From Pristiophorus japonicus (Eukaryota): a stretch of 64,000 nucleotides of DNA. The notes below the pieces were generated by a model. The model worked only from the letters and a program-made list of their open reading frames with translations, was not told the DNA's origin and searched no databases. The stretch covers positions 47,678,001 to 47,742,000 of the forward strand of contig NC_091994.1 in NCBI RefSeq assembly GCF_044704955.1. The letters run 5' to 3'. Every line of letters begins with the position of its first letter. Position 1 is the stretch's first letter. The position numbers and the translations under genes are program-made. Positions 34,761 through 48,786 of the stretch are shown one piece after another.

Positions 34761-37641
34761 ACCATTCTATACCTTGCTCCAGTCTGAAAAACAACCGTTC
34801 ACCACTACTCTCTGTTTCCTGTCACTGAGCCAATGTCGTATCCATGCTGCCACTGTCCCTTTTATTCCATGGGCTTCAACTTTGCGGCAAGCCTATTATG
34901 TGGTGCTTTATCAAATACCTTTTGAAAGTCCATGTACACCATGTCAACTGCATTGCCCTCATCAACCCCGTTACCTCATCAAAAAACCCAATCAAGTTAG
35001 TTAAACACGATTTGCCTTTCACAAATCCATGCTGGCTTTCCTTAATTAATCCACACTTGGCCAAGTGACCATTAATTTTGTCCTGGATTATTGTTTCTAA
35101 AAGCTTCCCCACTACTGAGATTAAACTGACTGGCCTGTAGTTGCTGAGTTTATCCTTACACTCTTTTTTGAAAAAAAGGTGTAAAATTTTCAATTCTCCA
35201 ATCCTCCGGCACCAACCCCGTATCTAAGGAGGATTGGAAGATTATGGGCAGTACTGCCGCAATTTCCACCCTTGCCTCCCTCAGCATCCATGGATGCATC
35301 CCATCCGGTCCTGGTGATGTATCTACTTTAAGTACAGCCAGCCTTTCTAGTACCTCCTCTTTATCAATTCTTATCCCATTCAGTATTTCAACTACCTCCT
35401 CTTTCACCATGACTTTGGCAGCATCTTCTTCCTTGGTAAAGACAGATGCAAAGTACTCATTTAGTACCTCAACTGTGCCCTCTGCCTCCATGCGTAGGTC
35501 TCCTTTTTGGTCCCTAATCGGCCCCACCCCTCTTACTTAAAATGATGTCAGGCAGTGGCAGTGTGAATGCAATCAGGTTATTTCATACTTGCATTGTTTC
35601 CACCTCTAAAATCTCTGACTCCTGCTAAGGCTCCCCAGGCAGCAACCACTTTCAAGTAACTCACTCAAGTGGCCACTCTTTATTTGTGAGACAAGAGGTC
35701 AGTGTTAACAAACTACTCAAATAAAGAGGGGTGTCGAAGCAGAGTCCAATTCTACCTTCACTTGATAATTTATGTAGAAAAGAGCTGCATAGACATTTAG
35801 CTGACTGGGTTAGTGCGGTTCGGAGCCAGTTGGACCAGGAACGTACCGGTTTAATCCCTAATCTTTGTGGAGTTAGTTGATCTCAGTGCAATAGCATCAG
35901 CGGTGCTCGAACTGGCTTCAGCAACCCTGGGCTGGGGAGGAGCGAAACAGGCAACAACTGAAAAGTGGGCATTGGATGAAGGCATGTTTGGACATGGCTA
36001 TGATGCCCCCCTTCTTTACTCAGCATGGGCCAGTGTGTTCAGGAGCAAGAGGGGCAACAATTATGGAAGAAAACTTATCAGCCTAAATATCAGTCAAATA
36101 CTTTATGGAGCATAGACTACTAAGGTTATACACTGCAATTGGTTCAAATTATACTGGAATACCAATGTACACTTATTCTTAACCATATTCAAAGGTTTTG
36201 GGGATATATGGGTGATTGTTACAATGCCAAGGCCTATAATACCAGTTTGTAATGCCATGATCTGTAATGCTTTGTTCGCCCTACTGAACAACATTGAAAT
36301 GGCACTAACCTTTTTACCATCTCTAACTAGATGTGACAGAAATCATGGGGTACTACAATTATGCTTTGTGGATTTGAGAACAGGAAGAAAAAAAATGATC
36401 CAGGCTTCCTGCTCCATGTGAGCGTGGGGGTGGGGCGGGGGGTGCTTTAGGGATATCGTAAACACCAGGTTCAGCTGTGATTCCTTCAACAGTAGAATCC
36501 ACTGGTGCCGTTCACTATCCAGCTGACAAAGACTAGACAGGATGAGGCTATAGTTCTACCCTCTAGTACCTCAGGCTTGTCAAAAAATTGCAGGAGGGAT
36601 TTATAAAAAAGCCATATTTCAGTTCAGAGACTGACATCTGTGACTTGGCTCCTGGTGTTCACACTGCTAAATATAATTCCCTTATCCCGGCAGCAGACTT
36701 GGGCATGAGCCTATGAGGTATGGGAACTGGACTTGGCAGTGTAAATGCTGTGATTTGAACTTAAACTAGTGGAAAAATAGTGGCATTACAACCACAATGA
36801 CAGGTAATGCAGTGGTAGCAAAGGAGACTGTTTTTAAACAACAAAAGGGATTCGATCCTGTCCAGTTAGCGAGGTGATTTGAGATGGATAGGATGGTAGG
36901 CATAAGAAATAGGCAAAGAACACTCCTTAAGCAGTTAGGTTAGTCATTAGGAAGTGCTTATTTTCAGCAGTTTCACCCTCTGGAAGATGACTGCAGATTG
37001 CAGCAAGTATGGATTCCCTACAGTCCTGCAAAGGGAGCTAGACAAGTTTCAAGGAAAGGTAGGGTTTGAGCGGCGGGGGAAGGGTATTTCAAGTACCACT
37101 GAGGGTTAAACTGGGAATAGGATTTATGGATTAATGCAGTCTCCTAGAGCTTTGGGATTTGGAAAGGGGTTTCCCCAAAGGTTTTCCTAGATTGGCCTAA
37201 ACATTTTCTCGCCTCTCCCAGGCGATTGCCTGAATGGGGGATAGGGAATAATGGTGTCGGTGACTGCACAATGTCTGGATGAGGCAGATTTGGTGGACTA
37301 TATTCTTTGTTTATTTGCAGCAATGAAGTTAGAGACAGTCCATCAGTAACCATGCTGATGCAAGACTTAAATCAAGGTTCTGGGAAATCTTCAATAATTT
37401 GAGCACATTTGAAGCTGCTGGAACTACAGAAGTTTTGGTCTAGGAACAGATTGCATCCCCTACATTGCTTTCCATTCAACTTTAATCTAATTTTAGCATT
37501 TTAAAAAGGTACACTAAGCAGGATAATTTCCCCTTGAAGTTTAGTTTCCACTTGCGACCATAAAAGGAAAGCTGTGACACACCATCATAAATCTCCCTTT
37601 ACAATACTGAGGATTGCAGGGCCATTTCAATGAAACGCTAT

Positions 37642-37979
37642 GGGGCTAAAATTCCGGCCTTGCCGGTACCGTACAGAATATGTATGGACCTGGCAAGGCA
37701 CCACAAAAGCCTGTTTTCGGCACGCAATGCGCAAGAACTCGGAGATACTGAGTTCTCATTGTGATCAATGAGAATACTGTACCGTGATTGGTTGTCCAGT
37801 CACACGTGACTCCACCTTCTTCGTGCGAACCTCGAGGACTGGGCGCGCTCCGAGGTGCAGAAAGAGAAGGCCTCCCCACGCAATTGTAGGCGTCTCCGGG
37901 ACCACAGGGTAATTTCATTAAAAATTCTCGGGTCGGAGGCGTTCGTCCGAAGGAAGCCTCCGACCCGAATTTCAGGCCC
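37642..37979. mobile_element. Harbinger-type MITE
   Basis: Imperfect TIRs GGGGCTAAAATTC / GAATTTCAGGCCC, CpG-rich interior, near-TSD TAT/AAT. Confidence 0.65.
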
Positions 37980-38155
37980 AATGTTTACTGTCATTTTCTG
38001 CTTGATCAACAGTGGATGTAGTGGGACAAGACATGTCAAAATAGCCACCTGACCATGTAGAAACATTAATGTATGAAAACATCAGTTTTGGAACGGAAAT
38101 CCGTGAGCCATGACCTGTGCTAGGGACGGGAGTTAACCTGAGGGCTCCCTCTGCT

Positions 38156-38815
38156 AGAATCATAGGCCATTCGGCCCGTGCCGACTCTCAGCTAGTCTCA
38201 CTCCCTCGCCCTTTCCCCATAGCCCTGAAAATTTTGTTTCCTTCAGGATACTTAAGCAACTCACTTTTGAAAGATAAGATTGAGTCTGCCTCACCACCCT
38301 TTCAGGCAGTGCATTCCAGATCTTAACCACTCACTGTGTAAAAAAGTTTTTTCTTGCGTCGTCTTTGGTTCTTTTGCCAATCCCCTTAAATCTGTGTCCT
38401 CTGGTTCTCGACCCTTCTGCCAATGGGAAGTTTCTTTGTTTACTCTGTCCAGACCCTTCATGATTTTGAACATCTCTATCAAATCTCCTCTGCTCCAAAG
38501 AGAACAACCCCAGCTTCTCCAGTCTATCAACATAACTGAAGTCCCTCATTCATGGAATCATTCTCGTAAATCTTTTCTTCTCCAAGGCCTTCACATCCTT
38601 TCTAAAGTGTGGTACCCAGAATTTGACTCCAGTTGGGGCCAAACCAGTGTTTTATACAGGTTCATCATAATGTCCACACTTTCATACTATATACCTCTAT
38701 TTATGAAATCGAGGATCCCATATGCCTTTTTAATTGCTTTCTCAACCTTCCCTGCCACGATTTTTACGTATATACCCCCAGGTCTTGGTTTGTGCACCCC
38801 CTTTAGGATTGTACA
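38156..38815 (-). mobile_element. CR1 3' fragment
   Basis: MRDFSYVDRLEKLGLFSLEQRR and SRTRGHRFK. Confidence 0.85.
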
Positions 38816-39604
38816 TTAAATCAATTTAAACAGATGGACTGACCGTGAATCAGCTGAAAACTGGCATTACATTCTTGTGGACAGCACAGATCTCATTTTT
38901 AGCTTGTCAACTAAAAAAAAAATAGGAATCCCTAAAGATATGGCTATCTTTATTCAATGAGTAGCCGTCCCAGAGACCAGGAAAGTACAAAATTCAATCC
39001 CTGCTACTTGCCGAGTTAGTTCAGGCACTGATGCGGGCTTTAGAATACCTGGGTTAGGAATGTGGGGGGGCGGGGTTAGGGAAAGAGAAATCAGCCAGAG
39101 TTTCTGCTTCTGATCAATACCCAGCAATTCCTGCTGGAAGTAATGTACCTGTGAACATCAGACTCACCACGATGCCCCTGACACATTGCCAAGGCTTATA
39201 CATGAGGGATGGCCATTTGAGTGAAAAAGTGGACAGCGCTTGGTGCCCCTATCCCATCAAGGAGCTGTTACCAGGAGAGGCAGGGAAAACAGTGCAGAGA
39301 GAATTTTTTTTTTGTAAACTTACTCTACATGACCTGTGAAATTAGTTTGGCAGTTACTCAGGAGCAGTGTTAGTTTCCCTTCTATAGTTTCTGCCTTCAT
39401 GCTCCCCAACAGTTTGAAAGATTTCATGGAGTCTGAAGTACAAGTCTATGGGGATAATTTTATAAGCCCGTGCTGTTGAGGGGGGCCTCTGTACCAGCAG
39501 TGCACATCAGAAGATCAAGTGGTACCTCGCCTACCAGCAGCACGAACTCCAACATCTTTTAAAGCAGTAGTAACAGACAAAACATTCTGAACCATGGTGC
39601 CAGA

Positions 39605-39900
39605 ATAAGGAGAGGTGACCCAAAGCTTAGTCAAAAAGATGGTGTTTGAGAAGATTTTTTTTTTTTAAATGGGGAGGATGAAGAAAAACAGGTTTGGGCA
39701 GAAAAGTCCAAAAAGCAAGTAGGCCCAAAGTAGCTGAAAGCTGTGCCGCCAATTGTGGGACAGCAGGAAGGGGGGATTGCACAAAGTAGTTCAGAGCGTG
39801 AGGGAGGAGGAGGCACACCTGGAAGAGGTGGTGGAGACAGGGATGAGGTTAGGCCATAGAGGAATCTGAAGAGAAGCACGAGGATTTTAAATTTAAAGGC
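39605..39900 (-). mobile_element. L2 LINE 3' fragment
   Basis: FKFKILVLLFRFLYGL...PTIGGTAFS, the L2 C-terminus. Confidence 0.7.
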
Positions 39901-42424
39901 TTTTGGCACGAGGACCAGAGTAGGACTTGTAAAACTGCCTCGTACAAGTTGATCAAAAGTCAGAACCAAGCATGGTCAAAGAATGTTGTTTGCCTGCTTT
40001 GCACAATTTATGCTTCTAAATTTCACATCCTCTTGACACATGTATATACTATAATGGGATACAAACTCAAAGTAACCAATGTAGATTTTCTCACACATTT
40101 TTCAACATGTATTTTGTGCCCCAATTAAAAATGAGTCCAGGCTAGTGCTATGTGACTTGTTTCAGATATCAGTCACAATACCTACTGTAGAAATTCCATG
40201 GTTAACGCTTAACATGGTTCTCCAAGGTTGCAGTTATCCTGATACCTACATGCTGATGTATAGAGCTTTTGGGTGTGCAACACTAAAGCGGCAACGTACC
40301 ACTGCAGCCCAGTCGCAATTGGACTCCAGAACCCATTAAAGCCAAGTAGAGTGACCCCTCTCCCAGGGGGCCATTCTACCACACTTGGGCTAGGCACCAT
40401 CTGAACTCCAGTGTTCCATGAAATAGGGCTCAATGTGCCAACTGTCAGAGCTGGGTCCAGAATAAAGGCAATCAAAATGGAGAATACAGGCTAAGTAAAG
40501 ATCATTAAAAATGAGCCTGAGCATTATTTCAAAGAGTATTTATTCCAGTCTACATACTTCAGGCCTGCTGTTTTTCCACTGGACTGTACAGCAATTTTGT
40601 GCATTTTTAGTGAAAACTGGACATAAAAACAGTAACTTCTTATAAAAACAATCTGTACAGCAAGGTTCCTAAATACCCTAATACAAATCACTCCTATACA
40701 GATGACATACAATGCAGAGCGATGATTTTTAAAATAAAATCATTTTTCTAATGTGCGTTTCGTTTCATTTTTTTGTTGAAATATAAAACACACGTGATGA
40801 TTTATGCCGGTTTTGGGCACACCTTAGTTGGTCATCCAGACAGATGATGTGGTTTGTCCACCATAACATGTCTGGATTCTGGATATTATTCTATTACTAG
40901 AAAATGTAAACAAGAGAAAGTTGACCTATGCTGAACTTGGCTTAAAACAAAACCATATTATTTTATTAGATTATTCATTCGGAGTCAGAGAGCTGTCAGA
41001 TCCAATCATTCTCGCCATGATTAAAAACAAATGAGCCCAATTTCAGATTACTGAGGTCAGAGCATATGGTCAGCTCATCGCCCAAGATTTGTACTCATCC
41101 CAGCCGCAAAGATTGCTCTTCAACAAAAGGACTGCATTTTCCCACTTCAATATATGGGGAAATTCATGTGTCCACTTCTTCAAATTTTGACCCATAGAAT
41201 GTAATATCACACATTAGTGATCCTGTTCCCTTTGACATCAACATTCACACATAGCCGCCGGGCCACACAAGATATGAATCTACTGGGCCACAATCGTGTT
41301 TCATTCTTTAGTGTCACATTTATCCAATGAGACAACAGTGATAACTACCCTTTATGATCTTTCAGGGCCACAACATTCAAATTGGTCAACCAGCAAAGAA
41401 ATATGTATCTGAAGACTATGAACCCAAAGCGTCAACTGTCTGTTCGCGCCACAGAACTGGTTCTATGCTTCCAGTATCTTGTTTTTGTTACAAATAAAAT
41501 CCAGTTGTCGAGACTTTAGTGGCCAGTTTCCAGATGACCCACACTTTGGAAACTCTGAACTAGATCCCATTTATTAGAACATGCCAATTTGAACTTTGGT
41601 GGGCTCTTTTGGCCTCATTCAAGTGCCTTATCCTACCTTTTTCAATGCAGTACTTTAGGAGTGGAGACTCAGGAAAGTGTCCAAATTATAGACTGTAGAT
41701 CAAGGCCCATCAATCCAACCTACAAGACACAACCAACTCAGTCCTAAATTCTGCTGATTGGTATCCAGAAGTTTGTAGTGCTGAAGTTTTGAAAAGGGTT
41801 CTTTTTAGCACTGTTGCCTCAATATTAGATAAATCCTTAATGAACACCAAGATCTGTTAGTATCAGCAACTTCATACACAATTTAATGGAAAGATGGATT
41901 TAAACTTTAGATTTGGTCCCCAAAGATCCATGGTGTGCACCGTTGTAACTCACAAAGTCAAAGTTTGAACAACTAAAACTAGCTCCGATATAAAAAGTTA
42001 ATGTTTCAGTACTTACAAAAACAAAAACTTATTACAGCCTCATTCCTATCACGCCATTGGAACAATTTTTTTAAAAAGTCTACTCTTAGCTACAGCCAGG
42101 ATGGGTGTTGGGGAGATGAAACATTTTTTCCCATAAGTTCAACTAATTTGATCTCCTAAATAAGCTGGCACGGTGACTGAAGCCAATGAGTATACACGGA
42201 TTTTTGATCTGGTACAACATACATTCACATCATCCAGGGGACAACCTCCTGCCCGCTTAGAGACCCAATTTCAAAATTCTAAGGCTTCAAGGTTCCATTT
42301 GTTAGAATTAGGTTGACAAGTGGCTCCAGGTGCCTAAACCTACAGGCTATAACTTGTGGCATTATTCCAACTTTGCTCCTGGAGTACTCCTTTCCCCACT
42401 GACTGAAATAAAAATACTGCCAGT

Positions 42425-42810
42425 TTGGCTCAGTTAACACTCTTGCCTCGGAGTCAGAAGGTTGCAGGCTAAGCACTTAACTGAGGGCAACACTTCAGTG
42501 CTATACTGACAAAAGTGCTGCATCGTCAGAGGTACAATCTTTCGGATGATATGATACATCATAGCCCTTTCCCAACTGCCTACTCGTGGACATAAAAGAT
42601 TTGAGAAGGGAGCTCTCAATTATCTTGGCCGACATTTGTCTCTCAACCATCACCACCAAAAACAGATGATCTTGTCATTCATTTGCAGGACCTTGCTTTC
42701 CACAAATTGGCTGCCTCGCTTATCTATAATACGAGTAACAACACTTCAGAAGCGATCCATTGCTTATAAAGCACTTTGGGACATGATATGGTGCTAGATA
42801 AATGCAAGTA
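42425..42810 (+). mobile_element. tRNA-headed SINE with L2-like tail (Deu/SacSINE1-like)
   Basis: Head GGCTCAGT...GAGTCAGAAGGTTG and tail AAAGCACTTTGGGAC...ATAAATGCAAGT. The tail is also seen at ~29990-30140. Confidence 0.6.
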
Positions 42811-43263
42811 CATTCTTTATTTTACCTGTCCCGAGATAGATTGTCACCAACAAAGCATTCTGTACCATTAGGAGGTTCCTGCATATTAAACAGTAGTAGA
42901 CATCACAACACTAGCTCCCAGCACCAATTCAGTTTAGTAATTTCAACATTGACTAATAAATCATTCTAAAACAAAGGATAGCCTCTCTAATTAATTATTC
43001 CATTAAACATCATGTTGTGATAAAAATGTAATCGGTACTAGGAAATAGCAATCAGTATACATCTAACTACTGTAGCTTTCCAAGATGAGCGAACAGGATT
43101 TTTTAAAATATAGGATTAATGTAATACGAATCTGCCTGAATGCTGGTATTTGTCACCTTCCAAATACTTTTCCCCCTTGATAACTTGATCTTTGCAAAAT
43201 CTACATTGGACCAAAATGTAATCAAAGTAGCGCACAGCAGGCCTGGTCTCTGCCCCTTAAAGT

Positions 43264-43585
43264 ACATAAGAAGCAGGAGATGGCCACCTAGCCCCTCGAG
43301 CCTGCTCCGCCATTTAATAAGATCATGGCTGACCTGATCATGGACTCAGCTTCACTGGGGCAGAGAATTTCATAGACTAACAACCCTCAGAAGAAATTCC
43401 TCATCTGTTTTAAATGGGCGGCCCCTTATTCTGAGACTATGTCCCCTATTTTTAGTTTCCATGAGTGGAAATATCCTCTCTACATCCACCTTGTCAAGCC
43501 CCCTCATTATCTTATGTTTCAATAAGATCACCTCTCATTCTTCTGAACTCCAATGAGTATAGGCCCAACCTACCATCATAAGTCA
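43264..43585 (-). mobile_element. CR1 3' fragment
   Basis: Matches the copy at 3916-4370. Confidence 0.85.
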
Positions 43586-46500
43586 ATCTGTTTAATTACT
43601 TAGATAATGCATCGAACAAGGAGGAAGTAAAAATAGGCACCCTGATATACAGTGGGACTAATTTCCTAAAATTGACAAGCACAGCCAATTATATACATTT
43701 AAAGGTGTAATTGTGATCTTTGGTTGCTAATTGGTCAGTACCCCAAGTGGTGGTTGTGATGCACAATGGTAGAAGACACAAGATTCCTTCACTGAATTGG
43801 CCAATTTGCAAGATTAATATACTAACTGAACCAAATAGTCCATGTAATTCTCCTGATGGTAAATTCCAATTGTTGTGTTTTATAAAAACAGCACAATGTT
43901 CTTGGACAATCAGCTGCCAGAGAAGGCACAAAGCAGCAGGAACCAAGTGAACTCCTCATATTGTAATCCCAATACTAACATTCTTGGGGCAGACATAGGG
44001 CCGTTGGTAGTTGTTCCTGCAACAAACGCAAAAACTACACCAGTATCTGTGTGGACTTGTTTTCATTGCTGGATGGAGCTTTTCCTCGAGTTGAGCAAGG
44101 ACTCTCCTCGTCATCATCTGGCTTAGAGGCGCAGATGGCTGCTATTTTGGGAACACTCTTGCCAGTCGTAAAATGATCAGAGGCTAAATACTTATGGTGC
44201 ATCAATGACCCACAGAACAGAATGACCTGTACCTGATGTCTAAAGAGCCATTAATCTGATATCAGCCTTGCTTTTACTCTTCTGCACCTTGTCTCCCCTC
44301 CCCACACTTTAGCAACACTGATATAATTCATGAAGATTCACCCTTAGTGCACATGGGACAGCACTCAGCAGTAAAACTAAAAATCTAACTTCAATGTCTT
44401 CTTGTCCTTGCCCGCAAGAAGAAATAGCTAAAGACCAACATTGAACATGTAGAGCAATGTTAATGACTTTTAATGAACAGTCTGAGGAGATTTCTCTTCA
44501 AACCCTTTTATTCTTGCAGGGGTGTTCTGATCAGTACAAAGGAGTTGAGGCACTGATCATCGCCAGTTAGATTTCTTACTATACTTAAGGCTGAACACTA
44601 AACAGAAAGTTCAAAATTCCTAAATACAAATCGAGCTCAAGCAAAGGACAAATCCTTCTACTACAATCGCTAGACAGAAAGGAATTTTAAAAATGCTACA
44701 CTAATTTCGACAGGAAACTCTGGACAAGTTATTGTGGCATATTAGTTTGTGGTTAAGAGAACATTGCATTGTAAGTGATGTCAAACTGTCCAGAGCAAGT
44801 CTATAAAGGGGTAAGTGCATATTCACCTAGCATATTCACCTAGCAATGGAGTGGACTGTATACAGTAGACTCATCTGGCCTTGAGACTAGTTCGAAATGC
44901 TGGTTGCATTTCTGTGAAATTGAAACCTTACATGGAGTGAGACAGGGTAACTGAATATCATTGCAAACCAGTTTGTGGCATGGGATGTCTATGAAACCAC
45001 GACTGAAAGCACTGCATTGTTTAAAGTAAAGCATTTGCTGCTGCAGTCAGACCTGTGCTTGGTTACAATTAAATTACCAATTTCAGATTAAAGTTTTACC
45101 ATATGTATTATGTACCAGAATTGAACATTCTGCTCTCTCAATGGGATTGAAAGCTAGTTTAAATACATCATTTTGAGAGTAAAAAGAACTGCAGATGGAG
45201 GAAGCAGTGTCCCTCAAAGCAACTGAAGTTTAGGATTTCCCCTGGTGATTGTATGATTAATTCACTGAACCCAATGCAAATTTAATTCCGACTTAAGCTT
45301 CAGCAATCCATTTTTCAGACTTCACTACATTTAACGTAATATACTTATAGTACAGGAAACACCAATATGTTTTGTAAGAATATTTAGACACAAGCGTGTT
45401 TTATGGCTGATCACACGCGCAAGGCCCAAAATTGGTCCAATAAAATGAGCGAGAGACAAGTAACACAATGACATTAGTGCAAATACGGTCAAGTGATGAG
45501 GCCATTCTTTGACACTTCACTGCACCAGTCTGGTATTGGAGTGAAGTTCACATCGATGGGGGAATAAAATGACAAAAACATTTAGAAATGCTTTCTATCT
45601 TAAATCCTTTAGTTTAAGCCTTTTAGACAACTCAAGAAAGCCGTGTGATACATAATTTAATTCAATCTTTAAAACCTGAAAAAAAAATCATGAATACTAC
45701 TTTTTCCTTCAGAAACGGTGTAGAAAAGCAAATCAAGAGTTCAGTCAGACTCGTCTTTTAAAACAGAATCAAACATAATTTAATATTGGTGAGAAAATAA
45801 ATTAAGTACAAAAATGTTTAATAACTTAAAACAGCCTTCTGGCTTTGTAGCAAACTAAAATAAAGCAACAGTATTTAAACATTTACATCCACCAACTCAC
45901 AGTACACATCAAGCCCAGGCACATCTATCTTGCCAGGAACTATACCTTGTACTGCATTAATGAAAAATAACTCCTACTAGCTGCCATGCAATACTTAACT
46001 CTTCAAAAAAAAGGAAATGAATGTAACATACAAGTTTAAAATACATTACACCTGCCCCTTCTTTTTGGCTAGATCTCAAAACTGATGACTGACTTCCCAG
46101 GGTATTCGGACAAACATCCAATCTGTTTTGTACCACTTTTCCAAACCCTGGAATATTCCCAGTTCTGTTGTGCTTCTTGCAGTTTCACTCTGGAACGACT
46201 CCATTTTTCAGTACTTGTGGTGCTGAATATTCAAGTTAGTAACATTATCAGATATAAGGTACTTTTACTTGCAGTGGCTATCATATGGTCTCATGTCATG
46301 TATATTAGGGGACTAAATTATGGAATGTCCTACCATGCCTGTACTGTCCAGATCCAGAGCTTTTGTTCAAACTGTACTAAGGTACAGGAGATTTAGCATA
46401 TTTGTTTCACCTTAACACTTTTGAAGATTCATAAAAGTAATCCTTTCAGATTTTAGCCTCATTTGCATTACAGTCCAGTTTGTAACTTGGCTCAAGTACA

Positions 46501-48786
46501 AAAAATAACCATCTGAACAGTGCAAATTTATCCCCTTGTTCACTGGGTATAAAACACTTGGGGCCAATTTAAAAACTGTCTAAGGTGTACATGCATCTGA
46601 ATCAGGCTATAAACAGCAAGATTCAAATCCCCATTTGTCTTCTTGCCCCACTGCACATGCCAATGCATGCATCAGAACTCGTTGTATTGTACATGTACTG
46701 GTTAAGGCAAAGCATAAATTAGCGTGGTTAATTTTAACTCGACCAATACATTCAGAATTCAATCCAAAACTATAAAAGTGGGCTCGGTGTTTTCTTTTGC
46801 AATTTCAATGTAATCGTTCCGATTTCTCCATCATGTCTCTTGTAAAAAAAAAAATCAATTTGAGCACTCTATGTGCTATTCCTACATAAAAACAAAGTTG
46901 TCTATAAGCATAGCTACAATCTAGAATTGAAAATATTAGTGCAACTCAAAAGCTAATCTGTGGATCATCATATGCATTTTACAGAAGTTTGGCAGTTGAC
47001 CAAAATTAAAATTTTGGTAAATTAAGTTTCACCCTTTGAAGTCCAGGCCCTGTTGGATTTCTGGTGTCTCAGCTGGAAAATCCACCTACCCCTCAAATTT
47101 GAATACATCCTCTCGTACACTGCACTGCATCTCCGGCGTTCTTCAGTGTCAACAAAGTTATAAAATATAGTTGCAAAGCAAAACAAAAAGTAGGCCTCAA
47201 AAATGAACATATTTCCCAGATGAGATCAATGTGCCACAAATGTGGTTAGGATATGGAAATTACAAGTCAACTTTGCCTAACCATAACTTAATATGACTGG
47301 GCATTAGTTTATAACTGCACATTAAAAGGGGAAACACGGATATTCAAAGCTGTTAAAGGGCTACTCTTAAAGTGCTTTGTGTTTCCTCTATATAAAGAAA
47401 AAGGCATATTTGAAATTTAAGAGGTCCTTCATGCTAAAGGCAGTTCAAAATTAAACCACAAACTAAACTGGGCTCCTTCTACAGTGAATACAAAGCATTT
47501 CATACTTGTTGGAGATACAAGGATTGAATAAGCATCAATTTTTGCAGGATTTATCACCTTGTACCATCAGTACGTCATGGGGTTAGAACTGCCGTTCAGT
47601 TTGAAATTTGACTTCAAGAAGTTGTGTGCATAAATTACACACATGCACAAATAAAAAGGCATTGAACAGGTTGCTGTATTTCTGTTGACTCCTGGTGTTG
47701 GATTCAAGTAAGTGCATGATGCCTACTGCATTCTACACCATATATTAATCTGAGGCTCCCATTAACAGCTATACAAGCACAACCCAGGGAACAAAAACTA
47801 GTTGAGACAACATCAAATCTAAAAGTATTCTGTAGATAATACGATTGAAAAATCTTCATACTTTTAGTCACAGTAATATTTAATATATAAAATGTTAAAA
47901 AAAAATAAGGCAACCAAAATAAATGAAAGGCCCAGCGCTGCTGCCAAACTAGCTCATTGGTCAGGAAACCGCATACATCACCTCACAGCCCGTCTCTGAC
48001 GGCGTGCTTTCTTGGGGTGGTGCTAATAAGTATCACTTGGTCCCACTTTCATTCCCAATATTAGTGTGGTGGGCATGTGAAGCCTTTACTGCCTTATGTT
48101 TGTTTCTGGGGGGGGGGGGGGGGCGGGGGGGGTTGGAATTAAAGATCAAATGGTACTGCTTCAACTTCAGCTATTGGAGGCTTTTAATATCCACTGGTCC
48201 TGCCTCCATTCCAGTTGCTTAGTTGAGGATGGAGGGATCGAACATCCACTAGTCATACTCTTTAAAAAAAAAAGCTAGCTATTAATAGTTACAGGTCTAG
48301 CTTTATTCTATTGTATTCTTTCCCCTTGTTAGAAATCTATCACACACGGTCCATTAAAATGCAAATTCAGGTAGGCCAACACCCATTTATTTTATTTTGG
48401 AACCAGAAAGAACTTCCCTTTGTACCAACTCTCGCTCTTTCCCAAGCTCTTCAATTCTTACTACCTTTCGTGGCAACGTTAGGTAGTCTTTTGATAGCCA
48501 CTCAACACAGGTTAAAGTCCATCAAATGTTGAGCAACACAAAGCAGTGACTACAGACAGCTGGTATCAAGACAGTGTTTGTACATATTTTAACAGACACC
48601 TAGATGTCGAAGTGCAAACCTAACCAATCCCATTCCTCAGGAACACTGGGATCAAACCTCATTTAAGCGTTTCTTTGTTTGTTTCCCCCCAAACATGTTA
48701 AACTTCATGGAACAAGTATACTGGACAGGTAAGATGGAGTGAGAACTCGGAAATGCAACCAAACTGAAAACTTATCAAAAGTGACA

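Larger units (their letters stand above)
33650..35535 (-). mobile_element. CR1 LINE, 5'-truncated, degenerate
   Basis: LNEYFASVFTKE, SPGPDGMHP, NYRPVSLISVVGKLLE and [14 protein letters not shown], through to the 3' tail. Interrupted at 34613-34760. Confidence 0.9.

Noticed and set aside
36805-36870. tRNA-like boxes here and in several other old SINE-like fragments (~16240, 31260, 35800, 38960, 61210)
   Set aside because: No complete cloverleaf. They are best read as decayed SINE heads.
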